Assembly (NCBI GenBank): GCA_015680685.1
Contig: MNCI01002198.1
Coordinates: 62,001-126,000 of the forward strand
Source of the DNA: Gnetum montanum
Lineage: Eukaryota > Plantae > Gnetophyta
Length of the DNA stretch: 64,000 bases
Direction of reading: 5' to 3'
Shown here: positions 25,353-38,350 of the stretch, one piece after another
How the letters are laid out: each line of letters starts with the position of its first letter
Numbering within the stretch: position 1 is the first letter of the stretch
Notes under the pieces: generated by a model
Told to the model about the DNA's origin: nothing
The model's database searches: none
What the model saw: only the letters and a program-made list of their open reading frames with translations
Program-made: the position numbers and the translations under genes

Positions 25353-26789
25353 GTATGCTTTTACGTAATATCAATCTTCCTTCCTCATCACATTATCATA
25401 TACTCATGATTGGGCTCTTTATAAAATAAGTCTGATATTAGAATGAAACATAATTTGGTCTGCTTCTTTATAGAGACTGTCAAAGGGAAAATCAACCCAC
25501 TCTAATTCGGATAAGGCTAGGATGTTAACGATATGATTCTCAAGGAATGAAATGCCTAGACATAGGTCCACATTTCACCGATGAATGAGACCTTCACTTT
25601 TAAAATTGACTTCTCTTTAACTGCTTACTGTTTATTTATAAATGTTGAATTTGATTTTCTTGCTTTTCCACCATGGGCTCTCGTGACATCAAGGAAAGAC
25701 TACAATATAATTCGTAGAAACTCTAGTTCCAGAACTGACATAACAACAGACATAAGTTTAAGTGTAAACAATAAGGATTAACTCTGCCTTTCTAGTTTAT
25801 ATAAGAAAAAACTATTCTAGAAGAAATGCAAAGAGAGTTGATGATATCCATTGGTATTCATCTTGTTATGATGGGGTTCAAGCAAGTAAATGGATAACGC
25901 CATCCAATTTAAAATGGTGAAAAATACTTGAATCATGTGACCAGATTTTGATCAACAATTTTTCTGTAAAAGTAAAAAGTTTGAGAATTATAATGCATCT
26001 CCAGAGAGAGAATAGTTGGCAACATTGTAGCTAAATGTGGCAACTTCCAAACATAACAATTGACATAATAACTTAAAAGTGATGCCATCATGATCATAAG
26101 TCCACAGAAGTAAATATTTCTAGTATATTATGCTAGTGCATAAGCACCTCTTACTATAATTTTCAACGTCTATGTGTGCATGGAAAAATAAGTTAACCAT
26201 GTAATATGGGCAGTTACAAGTCACAATATTACACAGTACAGCAACGAGGAAGCCAAGCGAAACGCGTGGAAAGTTAAGACCAATAACGGGTATGATCAGC
26301 CCAATCCTAAACACAGTGGAACAGCGAAGTATCGTCAGAAAAGACATACAAGACATTCCATGCAGATGAAAATGTCAATGCCTTTTAAGAAAAAATATAA
26401 TGCTGAAAATGAAAATGTTTAACATATGATTATTTAATTGCTTTAATTCTGTGTAGCTAAAAAATGTCTGTAGCTACAAAACTATACGTTGAATAACATG
26501 TAGTCGATTTTGATCAAAGTGGATCAATTTTTAATTAAAATACATGTAACTTTTCTGTTCATCTCAGTCCAATACATATCATACACTGTAGTGTCATCAT
26601 GTTCAACAAACATCTTAATCATGATGAACAAAACTAACACATAAGATAGTTATCAATGCTACCACCGCAGCCAACATACCGTGTAGACTCCAATGACATG
26701 AATTTGGCTCGTTGTTGCTCATACCAAAAGTGCTATGGTCATAGCCAGACTTTTTGTATGGTCAAACTAATCATGTTCATATGCCCAAA

Positions 26790-29700
26790 AGTAGTTGTAA
26801 GCAACTAATAACAATTTAGCATGTTATGAATTGACATGTCTATCAACTTCAACGTGTAAATTTCAAGTGTATAACCAAGAAGGTCTACATAATAGAACAA
26901 ACAAATATTGAAGAAATATTTTGTGAAAATTGTGTTATTGCCAAAAGTCATAATGTCTCCTTTCAAAGAAATGAATCCCATAGGAAGAACAGTTCCTTAG
27001 AGTAAATCCATTCTAATATTGTTGGTCCTATAAATCCTTGTCATTTAATGGTGACTGCTACTCCATAACCTCTATTCATGATTATTCTCAAAAAAATTTG
27101 GTTGTATTCTATGAAAAGCAAAGATCAGGCTCTTGATATGTTTAGACTGTTTAAAGCTAGGGTTGAAAATAAGACCAATAGAAAGATTAAGTGTTTCTGT
27201 GTTGATAATGGAGAAGAATTTTTGTTTCAATGTCTTTGAGCAACTCTAGTGTAAAGCATCAAACATGAAAGGACAGTCCCTAGCACACCACAACAAAATG
27301 ATATTACCAAAAGGTACAACAGAACAAGCCTAGATAGGATTTGAAGCATGGTAAAATATTCTGCATTACCAAAAGATTGTTGGCACGAGGCTGCAAAAAC
27401 TGTTACGTATTTGATTAATGGATCCCCTAGTGGATACCAGAGGTTGGATAAAGTGGGAGGCAAATAAGTTATAACCATCTTAGAACCTTCGGTTGTATTG
27501 CATATGCATCTATTCCTAAAGAAAATAGATCTAAACTTAAGGATACAGTACACAGATGCATTTTTGGAGGCTATAAAGGTGATCATAGGCAATACAAATT
27601 ATGGGATCCAGTTGCTGATAGAATATTCAGAAGCAGAGATATTTATTTTAATGAAAATGTAATATATGGACAAATTGAACAGTTAACAGAAAAAGAAAGA
27701 AAAAGTAAAAATTGACACATCCTCTATTGTTTCAAGACAACCATTTCAGCAAATATAAAATCAACAGCCATCTCAAATGTCTAGCCCTATGAATAAGGAT
27801 ACAAATGGTAATGAAAGAACTAAAGAGCAAGTACAAGATGACTAAGGTGAGCACCATGAAGAAGGTATTGGTGAAACACCTCAACATTGGGTTTGAAGAT
27901 CTACCCACATTACTAGGCCTCCTAACAAGTATTCTCCAATTTTACATACCGTTTTGTATACTGAAAATGGTGAACCAGAAAATTTTCATGAAGTTTTGCA
28001 AAGTTCAGATTGGAAGCTTTAAAAGTCAACTATGGATCAAGAGATGACTTCACTAAAACAAAATTAGCCTTGAGAGTTGGCTCCTCTTCCACCTGGTAAG
28101 AAAGCCTTGAAGAATAAATGGTTGTTTAAAATCAAACTGAGGCTGGCCGATCAGAAAGATACAAAGCTAGGATGGTGGTAAAGGGGTATACACAAAGAAA
28201 AGGTATTGATTTTTCAGAAATTTTCTCTCCTATTGTAAAACATGCTTCAATCCAAATAGTATTGCCATTGGTAGCTTGTTTAGATTTGGAATTGGAACAA
28301 TTAGATGCCAAAATAGCACCTCTACATGGAGATCTAGAAGAAGAGATCTACATGGAACAATCAAAAGGCTATGTGGATTAGCAATGACCCAATTATATTT
28401 GCAGGTTCAAAAGAAGCCTATATGGGTTGAAACAAGCACCAAGGCAGTGGTATAAGAAGTTTGACATGTTCATGCATGAACTACAATTTGTCAGGTCCGA
28501 AGTTGTTCATTCTGTTTATTTCAAGGGTAGCATATCAAGTAAAGTTATGATTCTTTCATTATATGTTGATAATATGTTGGTTGGTAATAACAATTTAGCT
28601 ATAATTAAGAAGTTAAAAACTAATTTGTCAAGTAAGTTTGCAATGAAAGATCTGGGTGCAGTTAGACAAATCTTGGGTATGCAAAGATGGAGGGATAGGA
28701 TGCAAAGGAAGTTATGGTCAAGCTAGGAAAAGTATATTAATAAAGTATCGCATCAATTCAACATAACTTCAGCAAAACCTATAAGTACTCCCCTAGCATC
28801 ACACTTCAAGCTATCCACAAATGATTGCCCTAAGACTGATATTGAAAAGAAATTATCTCATATCAATCAGTTATGGGGGATTTAGTGTATGCTATGCTTT
28901 GTATAAGACCAGATATTGCTCATGCAGTGGGAGTTGTAAGTAAATATATGAGCAACCCTGTTATAAAGCATTGGAATGCTGTAAAGTGGATCCTTCATTA
29001 TTTAAAAGGTACAAAATTCCATTGCTTATGTTTTGGTAGTTCTAATTTGAAACTTGTTGCATATGTAGATGCAGATAATGAAGGCAATCTTGATAAAAGA
29101 AAATCTACATCAAGATACGTCTTTACTCTTAGAAGACGGACCATCAATTGGATATCTAGACTACAAAATGCTGTTGCATTATCTTCTACAGAATCAACAT
29201 ATGTAGCATTATAAGAGGCATGCAAAGAGAAGATATGGCTATGTAGTTTCTTTGATAATTTGGGCCTCCAACAAAAATCTTATAGATTGTTATGTGACAA
29301 TAAGAGAGTTATTTTCTTGGCAAAGAATGTTGTGTATTATACAAAGACTAACCATATAGATGTAAGGTATTATTTCATAAGACAAGCAATTGAAAAAAAG
29401 ACTAAAGGTGCATAAAAATGATAATGCAGCTGATATGCTAACAAAAGTTGTTTTTGCAGAAGAAAACAGTGTTTTGTAAGATGAAGATGGGATTGACTTA
29501 ATAAGGAAGTTTGAAAGTAGAGCAGATTTGACTTCAAGTGGGAGATTGTTGTGATAGTGAAGTAAAATATATTCCTTAATTCTCTCTCTCCATAATCTCT
29601 AATCAAGAAATGTGTAACTGGTTGTCTTTTTTGTTGTATTTTACTCAATAAGATTGATGACATGTAACAAATTAATTATCAGTCACTGATATTCAGTTAG

Positions 29701-29916
29701 GTTGATCATTATCCTTTCAGGCTGAATGGATGTAAAATACTGATTGAATGCCTAAAACTATTTAAAGGAGAGGGAGAGAGGTAATAGATGTGGCAAGAAA
29801 TTCACTTCTCAAGAAGAATACAATCTGCCTACTTTCCCATGGTAGTTTCCCTTCACATTGAGAGGTTTTCCCATGTAAATATTTGTCTCTCATTTCATGT
29901 TTGTCTACTATCAACA
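26790..29916 (+). mobile_element. 5'-truncated, degenerate Ty1/Copia retrotransposon (integrase, RT, RNase H, PPT, 3' LTR 29547-29916)
   Basis: Motifs CENCV, DNGEEF, TPQQN, VVKGYTQRKGIDFSEIFSP, LKQAPRQW, LYVDNML, RPDIAHAVG and VALSSTES. PPT AAGTGGGAGAT is followed by TGTTG...TCAACA. Confidence 0.93.
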
Positions 29917-30644
29917 ATTGCATGAGTGCATTTATTTTTCAGTTCTAGATTTTAGGCCCAATATGATTTTATTTCAAACTTTGGGGTATACGTTCATAGC
30001 CTTTTATTCATAAACCCTTTAAATGGAAATCAGAGAATGATGTTGCTTTCTAAAAAGTGAAATGCACCCAAGCCCACAAGCCTTCCTGTCCACAATTTAG
30101 GGAAACCTACCAATGGAGATTGTGCTTTTTAATGAATGTAGTGTAAGAATGATCTCTTTCTTCCCAAGGATGTATTATACCTTGACAATTAAAAAGTAAC
30201 GGTCTATCCCTAACTGTAACTTGTTCATAAGGCTTGTGATCTATATCCTTCGATTCAACAGTACAATTCTAGAAGGTTGTAATGAGATAAATGCCACTTG
30301 AAATACGGTAAAAATATACGTTCAGGTTGGTGTAAAGCAAACTCCCAATGATTAAAAAAATCACAAATTACACACTTACCCTAAAGGATCACCCCAGTTC
30401 AATGCAACAAAGGGAATGTTGATGATGATGAAGACGGCCTATATGCATAATGGCAAATCAATGTTGCATCCAACAGAAAAGAAAAAAGTGTTACTCATTT
30501 TTTAATATTTTCACTCCTAGTGGCAAATTTTATCAATAATTTCCTGAGTTGTGCTTTAGTTTCTTTAACATTTTATTAAAATATTTTCCAATATTACTTC
30601 ATAAGATTTGGTACTAACAGCTTTCACAGTAAACTTAGCAAGAC

Positions 30645-30722
30645 ATGGCTTCCTTGGTTAGATCATGTGGCTTATGACTGAACAAGTCACAGATTTGATT
30701 TCAAGGGGATTATGTTGAGACA
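30645..30722 (+). mobile_element. degenerate tRNA-derived SINE head
   Basis: TGGCTTCCTTGGTTAGATC (A box) ... AAGTCACAGATTTGATTTC (B box) ... TATGTTGAG. Confidence 0.4.
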
Positions 30723-31013
30723 AGTGCAACCTGAGAGCATGTTAAAAATATATGTTCAAAGCCCATGGTATCAGGCAGACAGCTGCTCATAAAAAATTAT
30801 TGTCAATTCAATCATCTACCTTAATGAAGCCACCATCATGTGGCTTATGACTGAACAAGTCACAGATTTGATTTCAAGGGGATTATGTTGAGACAAGTGC
30901 AACCTGAGAGCATGTTAAAAATATATGTTCAAAGCCCATGGTATCAGGCAGACAGCTGCTCATAAAAAATTATTGTCAATTCAATCATCTACCTTAATGA
31001 AGGCACCATCATG
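30662..31013. repeat. 173-bp near-perfect tandem duplication
   Basis: Units start at 30662 and 30835, bounded by ATCATG (also at 31008); one visible mismatch. Confidence 0.95.
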
Positions 31014-31158
31014 ATGATGATTAGAAGCTTCTAACAATAAAGTAATTTGTAGTAAATAGTAATACGTAGTAATCAGCCATTTAGACATCATGAATAAGCT
31101 GGGAATAACACTGAGTCATAAAAATGCAATTCTACAATATAAAAGCAAGCATATGTAC

Positions 31159-31243
31159 CTGATGTGTTGATTTGCATGGAAGAAACCTTTCCTGGATAGC
31201 CCTCCAGTCATTATTGTAAGCCATTAGACCAAGCGCCAATAAT
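31159..31243 (-). CDS. DUO3: DUO3 coding exon 3 (85 nt, Myb/SANT-like repeat)
   Basis: Not in the ORF track. Acceptor TATGCAG, reads (E)LLALGLMAYNNDWRAIQERFLPCKSTHQ, donor CAG|GTACAT. Completes the phase-2 codon from exon 2. Confidence 0.92.
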
Positions 31244-34200
31244 CTGCATAGAAAGGGAAAGCTGACTAATAATATTCTCTATTACACTGCTGGCCAAAAT
31301 AACTCATATGATCCAAGCTTGAGAAAGGATTAAAGAACTATTCTCTGTCATCACACAAATTTCATTATTTTTTATTCTCTGCCCTGTAAATAAAATATGC
31401 CCTAAACTCCTCCAGTTACATATCCAAGTTTGTACCTTGGATGTTTATAGATAGCAAATACATTTAAGATGACTTGATATAATGGTTCTTAAATGTTGGC
31501 CATAGTATCAATTCTGCTTCAGTGATGTTTCTGGAACTCCCATGTGACTTCTTTATCAATGTTCGGCAGTTAACATCTCACTAGTAGTTTTTATAATTTA
31601 GAAAGCACCACAAGAAACAATTGTCCGGTTTTGTTTTTCTTTTCCGGGGTATGTTACTGATACGTCTTAAAATATTTTGTTAAGAAAAATGGACTGTGCA
31701 TAAAATGGTAGATATAAAAGTTGTTCTGAAACTGCAACATTATAGGAAGCATCAAGAACATAGCATTAACAGCTACAGATATATTTCCTGCACAGTATGC
31801 CAGGACTCAACTTCTGGTGAGTATCTGTAGGACTGTGCAGTTGACAATATGGAGGATGTCAGATCATCATTCATCCATGAACCACCTTGAAGGGGATACT
31901 ATGTATCTGTCATAAGAAGCTGCTGTTTGCTGTTTGCACAAATAAAGACTCAATGGAACCCTAGCCATTCTTGTGAAAATAACAATTATTGCTATGCCAC
32001 AATTTAAAAGACAACGTTGTTCTTCTAGTAAGGATCTACTATAGGAAAACATGCCTTGTTGGTAGATCAAAGGTTATTTCCCTCCAAAACAAGGGCCAGG
32101 AGTGTGGAGATCCTATCCGATTCCATGCTATCTTAACCATCACCAATAGAAAGACATGGACCTGATTCCTTTGTGAACCTTGTCACAAGGATATGTAGGC
32201 TTGTTGAGGGTTGTAAAAAGGAAGGTTGTTAAGGACTGTTCACAAAGTTCAGATTTTCTCGCCCATGGTGATAAAATAGGTTGTTAAGGACTCGACACAA
32301 TAGATGTTCCTTGTTGTATTGAGAGAGATAGAAGAACAAAACTCTATGCAAATGAGCGTGCAGATTGAGAACATGTTGGGGAAGCTGGTGGAGCTAAAAA
32401 AGCAATTCGCAATTTTGGTGGAGAAGGGTTACATTCAACCCTTCAAATCTCCTTATGGAGATGTTTGCTAAAAAAGAAGATGGCTTGTTGAGATTGTGTT
32501 GTGACTTCAAGCTCTTTAATAAGTACACCATCAAGAATAGATATCAGGTACCATTGGTTTCGAACCTGTTCGACAGCTAACAGGAGCTTGAGTCTTATCT
32601 CAACTCGACCTTTGCCAAGGTTACTATTAGGTGCAGATTGTGGAAGGCAACGAAGAAAAGAAAACATGTGTCCCTTGTTATGGCTCGTACAAGTGGACGA
32701 TCATGCCATTTGGGTTGGGCAATACTCCAACTACATTCTACACTCATGAATGAGGTGTTTTGTCCATGCCGTGACAAGTTCATCGTGGTATATCTCAACC
32801 ACATTTTGGTCTACTCTCATTGATGGAAAAGCACATTCAGCATTTGGACCTGAAGTTCATCAAATTGTGGGAGCATAAACTATATGTCAAGTGGGATAAG
32901 TGCAACTTCAATAAGGCAAAGCTAAAATTCTTAAGCCACATCATTAGCGGAGGCAAGGTGAAACCAAACCTAAAGAAAGTGGGGTCATTGCCACATGGCC
33001 TGTATCAAAAGATGTGCATGAGTTGCACCAATTCTTGGTGTTGGCAAGTTATTACAAGAATTTTGTCCATGGATTCTCTGGAGTGATGGAAACCTTAACT
33101 AATTTGCAGAAGAAAGACATCCCCTGTAACTACATTGTCAAGAAGCTTTCGATAAGATCAGGATGGCCCTCAAAATCCATGTTGGCCCTTCCTAATTTCT
33201 CGAAGTCACTCAAAGTTCATACTAACACTTCAGATGAGGCAACCGATAGGGTGCTCATATAAGATAATCATTCAATGGCATTTGAGTCCAAAAAACTAAA
33301 TCAAACAAAACAATTGTGGCTAATGCATGAAAAAGAGAATGGCAACACTATCTCCTTGGTGGCCCCATTGTAGTCAAAACTAACATTGCGAAAAGCTACA
33401 TTCTCAATCAGTCCAACTTGAAGCTAGATCTTTGAGCCTGTTGTAGGAGTTTGATCTTGTGTTTGTCTATCGACCAAGCAAGAAAAATGTAGTGGTAGAT
33501 ACTTTCAGCAAACATCCTCAGGTACACTCAATGGATGTTGTGGGGCAGCCCAATAACTCTTGGGTAGTGGCTGACCATGAACACTGGCAAAAAATCAATG
33601 ACAAATTGCATCATGATCAGCGTGCTCAAGAGCTATTAAAACTGAACCATGGAGGTGATGAATCAAATTTTAGTGAAGTTGATGGTATGCTCTCATGTTC
33701 AAGCATAATCAAATTTCTACTCCTAATTGGGATGCCTTGCATTCTTAGATCATTGACAAATGCTAAAGCATTCTCTGGGTGGGCCACCCAAGGCACAAAG
33801 AAATGGTGGCATTAAGGGAGCAAAGTTTCTATTGGCCTAATTTAACGGTTGATGTGGCGAATTTTGTGTAGAGCTCTTTGGTTTGCCAGCAAGATAAAAG
33901 TTCCAATGAAAAACCAAGGGGTCTACTTCACCCTTTGGAGATTCCAAAGCTCCCATGTGTGATTGTCTCCCATGGATTTCATCACGAGACTCCTCACAGT
34001 ACAAGGATTTTCCAACATCCTTGTAATTATGGATATGTTCTCGAAGTATGCCATTTTCATCATGTGCTCTACCCCTTGCACAATTGAGGATATGGCATCA
34101 TTATTCTTTGACAACATAATTTGCTACTTTGGTTGCCATCAAGCATTGTTTCAAATCATGACTCCTATTTCACAAGGGATTTCTAGCGAAAGTTGTTTGA

Positions 34201-35342
34201 AATGCTAGATATGAAGCTGCAGATGTCTTTAGGGTATCATCCCCAGCACGATAGACAAACACAAGTAAACAAGGTTTTGGAGGAGTACCTGAGGTACTTT
34301 ATCCAATTTGATCAAACAAACTAAGTGCCTCTACTACTTGTGGCTCAATTCAACTATAACATTTAGAAGTTCTTAGCCATAGGATTCTCTCCAATAGAAT
34401 TAACTTTGGAAAGGAAACCATCATCCTCAATTTGTGAAAACCTCACATCAAGGTTTTAATCCTTTAATAGATGAATTTGTGAAATCTCGGCCAAATCATA
34501 TCCAAGTTGCTAGGTTGTACCTAGAAAAGTCTATTCGGCACATGAAGAAATATGCATATAGCAAGAGGAGACTATTGGATTTTGTAATTGGTGAATGGGC
34601 TCTTTTGAAGATGGATTATGCAAGGTAGATGAGCCTAAAGATGAAGACAAGCTAGAAGCTCTTAAGGCATTACAATGGAGCTTTCAAGGTCCTTGCTCAT
34701 GTGAACTCGGTTCCTTACAAGTTGCAGATGCTAGCATATCTAGCCAAATATTGTCCGATGTTCCATCTTTCAATCCTCAAAAAGCTCAATCTAGGCAATA
34801 CTAGTCCAAAAACACCAAGATACAAGGCCTCCAAACATTGAGGCACTTAAAGGATGATGGATTCCTTCCATCTTCAACATGTGCACCACCAGTTGTGTTT
34901 CAAATCAAAAATTCAAATTCTTAGTACACTAGCAAGGTACATCTTGGAGGAGGATACTTAGGAAGAATGGCAAACTCTCAGGAACAAGTAGACTTTTGTT
35001 GCAAACTTCTACACAAAAAATCACATTGGTTTACCCTTGTGGATGTACAAATGTGGCCAGCCAAAGGTAGCCACTTCTTAATGAGAGTCATAGTGTTGCC
35101 CATAAAAAAATTGGCAGACATGTGATAGGCTAGATAGCACCAAAGTAGATCCATGATAGACCACTTCTAAGGGGCAGAGAATTAGTATCTCCCCCTTCAG
35201 TTAAGAAGTTGGGTGATGCAATAGTAAGGCTAGAATCCCAAGACCCCTACACATGCCAGTGGTAGGCTATCACTAGGCATGGGGAATGGTTACACCAAGG
35301 CACAAAATAGCCTCCCCTTAGTTGCAGAAGGATCAACTCTAC

Positions 35343-35448
35343 ACTCTCATTTTACAACCAAAGGTAGAGGACTAGATCACATGTCAAAGGAGTAGACTCT
35401 CATTTTACAACCAAAGGTAGAGGACTAGATCACATGTCAAAGGAGTAG
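35343..35448. repeat. 53-bp perfect tandem duplication
   Basis: ACTCTCATTTTACAACC...GGAGTAG occurs at 35343 and 35396. Confidence 0.93.
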
Positions 35449-35741
35449 AATTTGCTTAAAGGAGAAATGTTGGTACAGTTCGCATGAAAAAAGGCAAACC
35501 TTTTCTTCCTAAACTCAAGTTGCACAAACTTCTCTAAGCCTATGTTAGATGTCAAGTTGAATTCAACATTTGTGCTTTACGGTTGAATAACCCTAGTCGC
35601 AACACCTTCCTATCTACAACTATTGGAACGACTTCTAGTTGTTCGAATCCTTTAATATTCATTAGGACTCTTCACGTTTGGAAAAGTATATGGACAAAGA
35701 CTTAAGCTTCAATGATGTCACTTCTTTCAAGTGGGGGTGAG

Positions 35742-36643
35742 TCTAGGAAAACATGCCTTGTTGGTAGATTAAAGGTTGTTTCCCTCAAGAATGGGGGTCA
35801 GAGGAGCATAGAGATCCTATCAAGTTCCATGCTATCTTAACTATCACCAATAGAACTACATGGCACTAATTCCTTTATGAACCTCCTCACAAGGGTATGT
35901 AGGCTTGTTGGGGAGGCTTTGCCTCCCTAACTCAAGCCACTACCCTACTCTTCAAAGCATGGATTAGAGCTAGATGTGTTAGAGTAGAAGCAGAGCTTAG
36001 CATCGTTTGTGTGTTTACTAGTTATTGTCTAGGTATTACTTGTGTGTGTGCATGTATCTCATTGGTCTAGTTACTTGTTCATTTACTTATGGTGTATTTG
36101 ATGCACCACTAACCATGGACTAACAGGTTGTGTACTTCTATGATGTGCTTGCAAGTGCTCTAAGCTTTGAGGCATAATCCACCTAGAGTCTACCCTCTTT
36201 TGTTGCTACTTTTGAACTCAGAGGTGGTGTCAAACGATATTTTCAAGGGCGGCACCATTACACTAGTTGCACATTAGATACACCATAAGTAAATGAATAA
36301 CTAACCAAACCAATGAGGTACGCACAGACAAGCAACACATGTACAATAACTAGCAAACACACAAATGATACCATTTCTCTTAAAGAGCTAAGCCACATTC
36401 CTACACTAACACATCTAACCTTAAGCCCTACTCTAAAGAAAATGGCAATGGCCTGAGCTAGGGAGGCAAAGCCTCCCAACAAGCCTACATATCCTTGTGA
36501 CAAGGTTCACAAAGGAATCAAGGCCATGTAGTTCTATTGGTGATGGTTAAGATAGCATAGAATCCGATAGGATCTCCACATTCCTCCAACCCCATTCCAG
36601 AGGGAACAACCTTTGATCCACCAACAAGGCATGTTTTCCTACA
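35742..36643. repeat. large inverted repeat: LTR part 35742-36111 versus inverted partial LTR 36263-36643
   Basis: The reverse complement of 36263-36643 (TGTAGGAAAACATGCCTTGTTGG...) aligns throughout with 35742-36111. Confidence 0.92.
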
Positions 36644-37274
36644 TCTACCAACATCTTTGAAGATTTACAACAAATTAGAACATTAAAGGCATGCTACATA
36701 ATGTCCATGTATTTGAAGGTTTGAGTAGGTATGACCTACTCTAAAGAGCAAGGTTATGGTTCGTCATTATCACAGCAATAGGATCAATACAATGACCTAA
36801 TCTCAAAACTAGGATTTCAACCAATTTATGTAAAAATACCTGAGCCTTAATGTAATCATAAACAAGGACTCTTCCTCAATCATCAAATTTAGAATTGCAC
36901 CCCAAAAAATCCTCATAATACTTGTTAAAATGCAAGAACAATAGCAACAGAAAACAGCAAGATGTAAGTGAAAAGAAATTCACAGAGTTATATCCTAAGA
37001 AACACTTTCAAGAGAAATAAAAGCAGCATAGCTAAGGATCCTAGCGTGTGCTAGATATGAGAATTCAAGATGCAGGGAGCAGCCCAAGTTTGTCCTATTC
37101 CAAGATCTATTCAACAACTGAAATGCCGCAGTTGCAAGAATCTTCTGAAACTGCAAACCCTCAATTCATAGCTGGAATGTGCAAAAGTTTAAAAACAAAA
37201 TTTTCACCATCAAAATTAAACCCATAGTTAATCACCCACCATACCCCATAAACATGACATTTATATTGCATTAA

Positions 37275-37340
37275 TAAGCTGTAGGCTCTTGGTAAGACTT
37301 GTAAGTTGCAGCCTACAAGTCACAGATTCAATCCCACCTG
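37275..37340 (+). mobile_element. degenerate tRNA-derived SINE head
   Basis: GTAGGCTCTTGGTAAGAC ... AAGTCACAGATTCAATCCC, with A/B-box-like spacing. Confidence 0.35.
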
Positions 37341-38350
37341 ATTATTCTGAAAGATGCATGCATTGGTAAATTTGAATTATGTCCAATAGATCAATATGGT
37401 ATTCACATGAACATAATAAAACAATTCAGTTTCAATTTCATTATTTAAAAAAATTGGCCTTAATAAAAGCAAAAAACAAATTCCCAACAATTACATGAGA
37501 TGTCCATTTTTCCTGGCTTTGTTTGCACAAGGCTATAAAAACTTGCCACCCTTGTCTGTTACAGTTTTCATTTTCCACGAAATCATTTTTAGGAATACAT
37601 CAATATAAAACAGATGTAAAACCCTTAGAAGTTACATTAAATATGTAACAGAAAAGATCAGCCATTACATCAAATTATTGTCATAATTTAAACACAGTCA
37701 AAATTTTCATACAGCCAATTTAGCATTTGGTTTCTTTAAATGCACTTTTTGTTTTCAGTTAGGGTTGAAGTTTCTGTCTGTCTATGTTGGAATAGATAGC
37801 AATGCCAACAATATTAGCCACCAGACTTTCCTAGAAGTTTCTAGGAAATAGGAGAGCATGTCTAGATTCAATGAACCCAGAGTTAGCTTAAAAGCAACCA
37901 TATGTACAAATTGAGATGAAGGGTAATGGAATCAATTGCCTAAGCGTTAGCCTTAGCTAGGTTATCGCTTGGGACTTATTTTCAGTTTTTTACCTATCAT
38001 TATGGCTTTGAAATGCATGGTTGGTTTTGTTTCTGTTGCACTAATCCATTATGCTAATTTTTGTTTCCAATTGCAGAATTTCTTATTGTTGCTGGACCCT
38101 AACAGTTGTTAAGAGGCTGTAAAATTGAATCAAAAGTTAGATGCAGCCTAGCAGTCTAAACATTGTTCAACAATATCATCTACATTCAAAGTCTCTCACC
38201 AATGAAAAGATATCGAAAACTTCATAGTCAACACAGAAACCATTTGATAAAATTAGAATTGATATAATAAAAAGAGAGCCAAAGGAAAGCATGAGAAGAA
38301 AACAATCCCAAATGAAATAGCATAAGTATACTATAAAGGCAGTGACATAC

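Larger units (their letters stand above)
32040..36643 (+). mobile_element. degenerate Ty3/Gypsy chromovirus (Galadriel-like) with rearranged LTRs; TSD TCTAC
   Basis: RT motifs (ELKKQ..KGYIQP.KSPYG, YGSY.W.IMPFG, DKFIVVYL), RNase H, integrase (MDFIT, YHPQ.D.QT) and a chromodomain-like FLVH*QG..EEDT*E at about 34920. PPT AAGTGGGGGTGAG, 3' LTR 35742-36262, TSD TCTAC at 32035-32039 and 36644-36648. Confidence 0.9.

Noticed and set aside
32025-32029. CTAGT as the TSD partner of CTAGT at 36263 (simple nested insertion model)
   Set aside because: It lies 10 bp away from the LTR start rather than abutting it, and the rest of the reverse LTR is absent on the left. TCTAC abuts both outer ends exactly.
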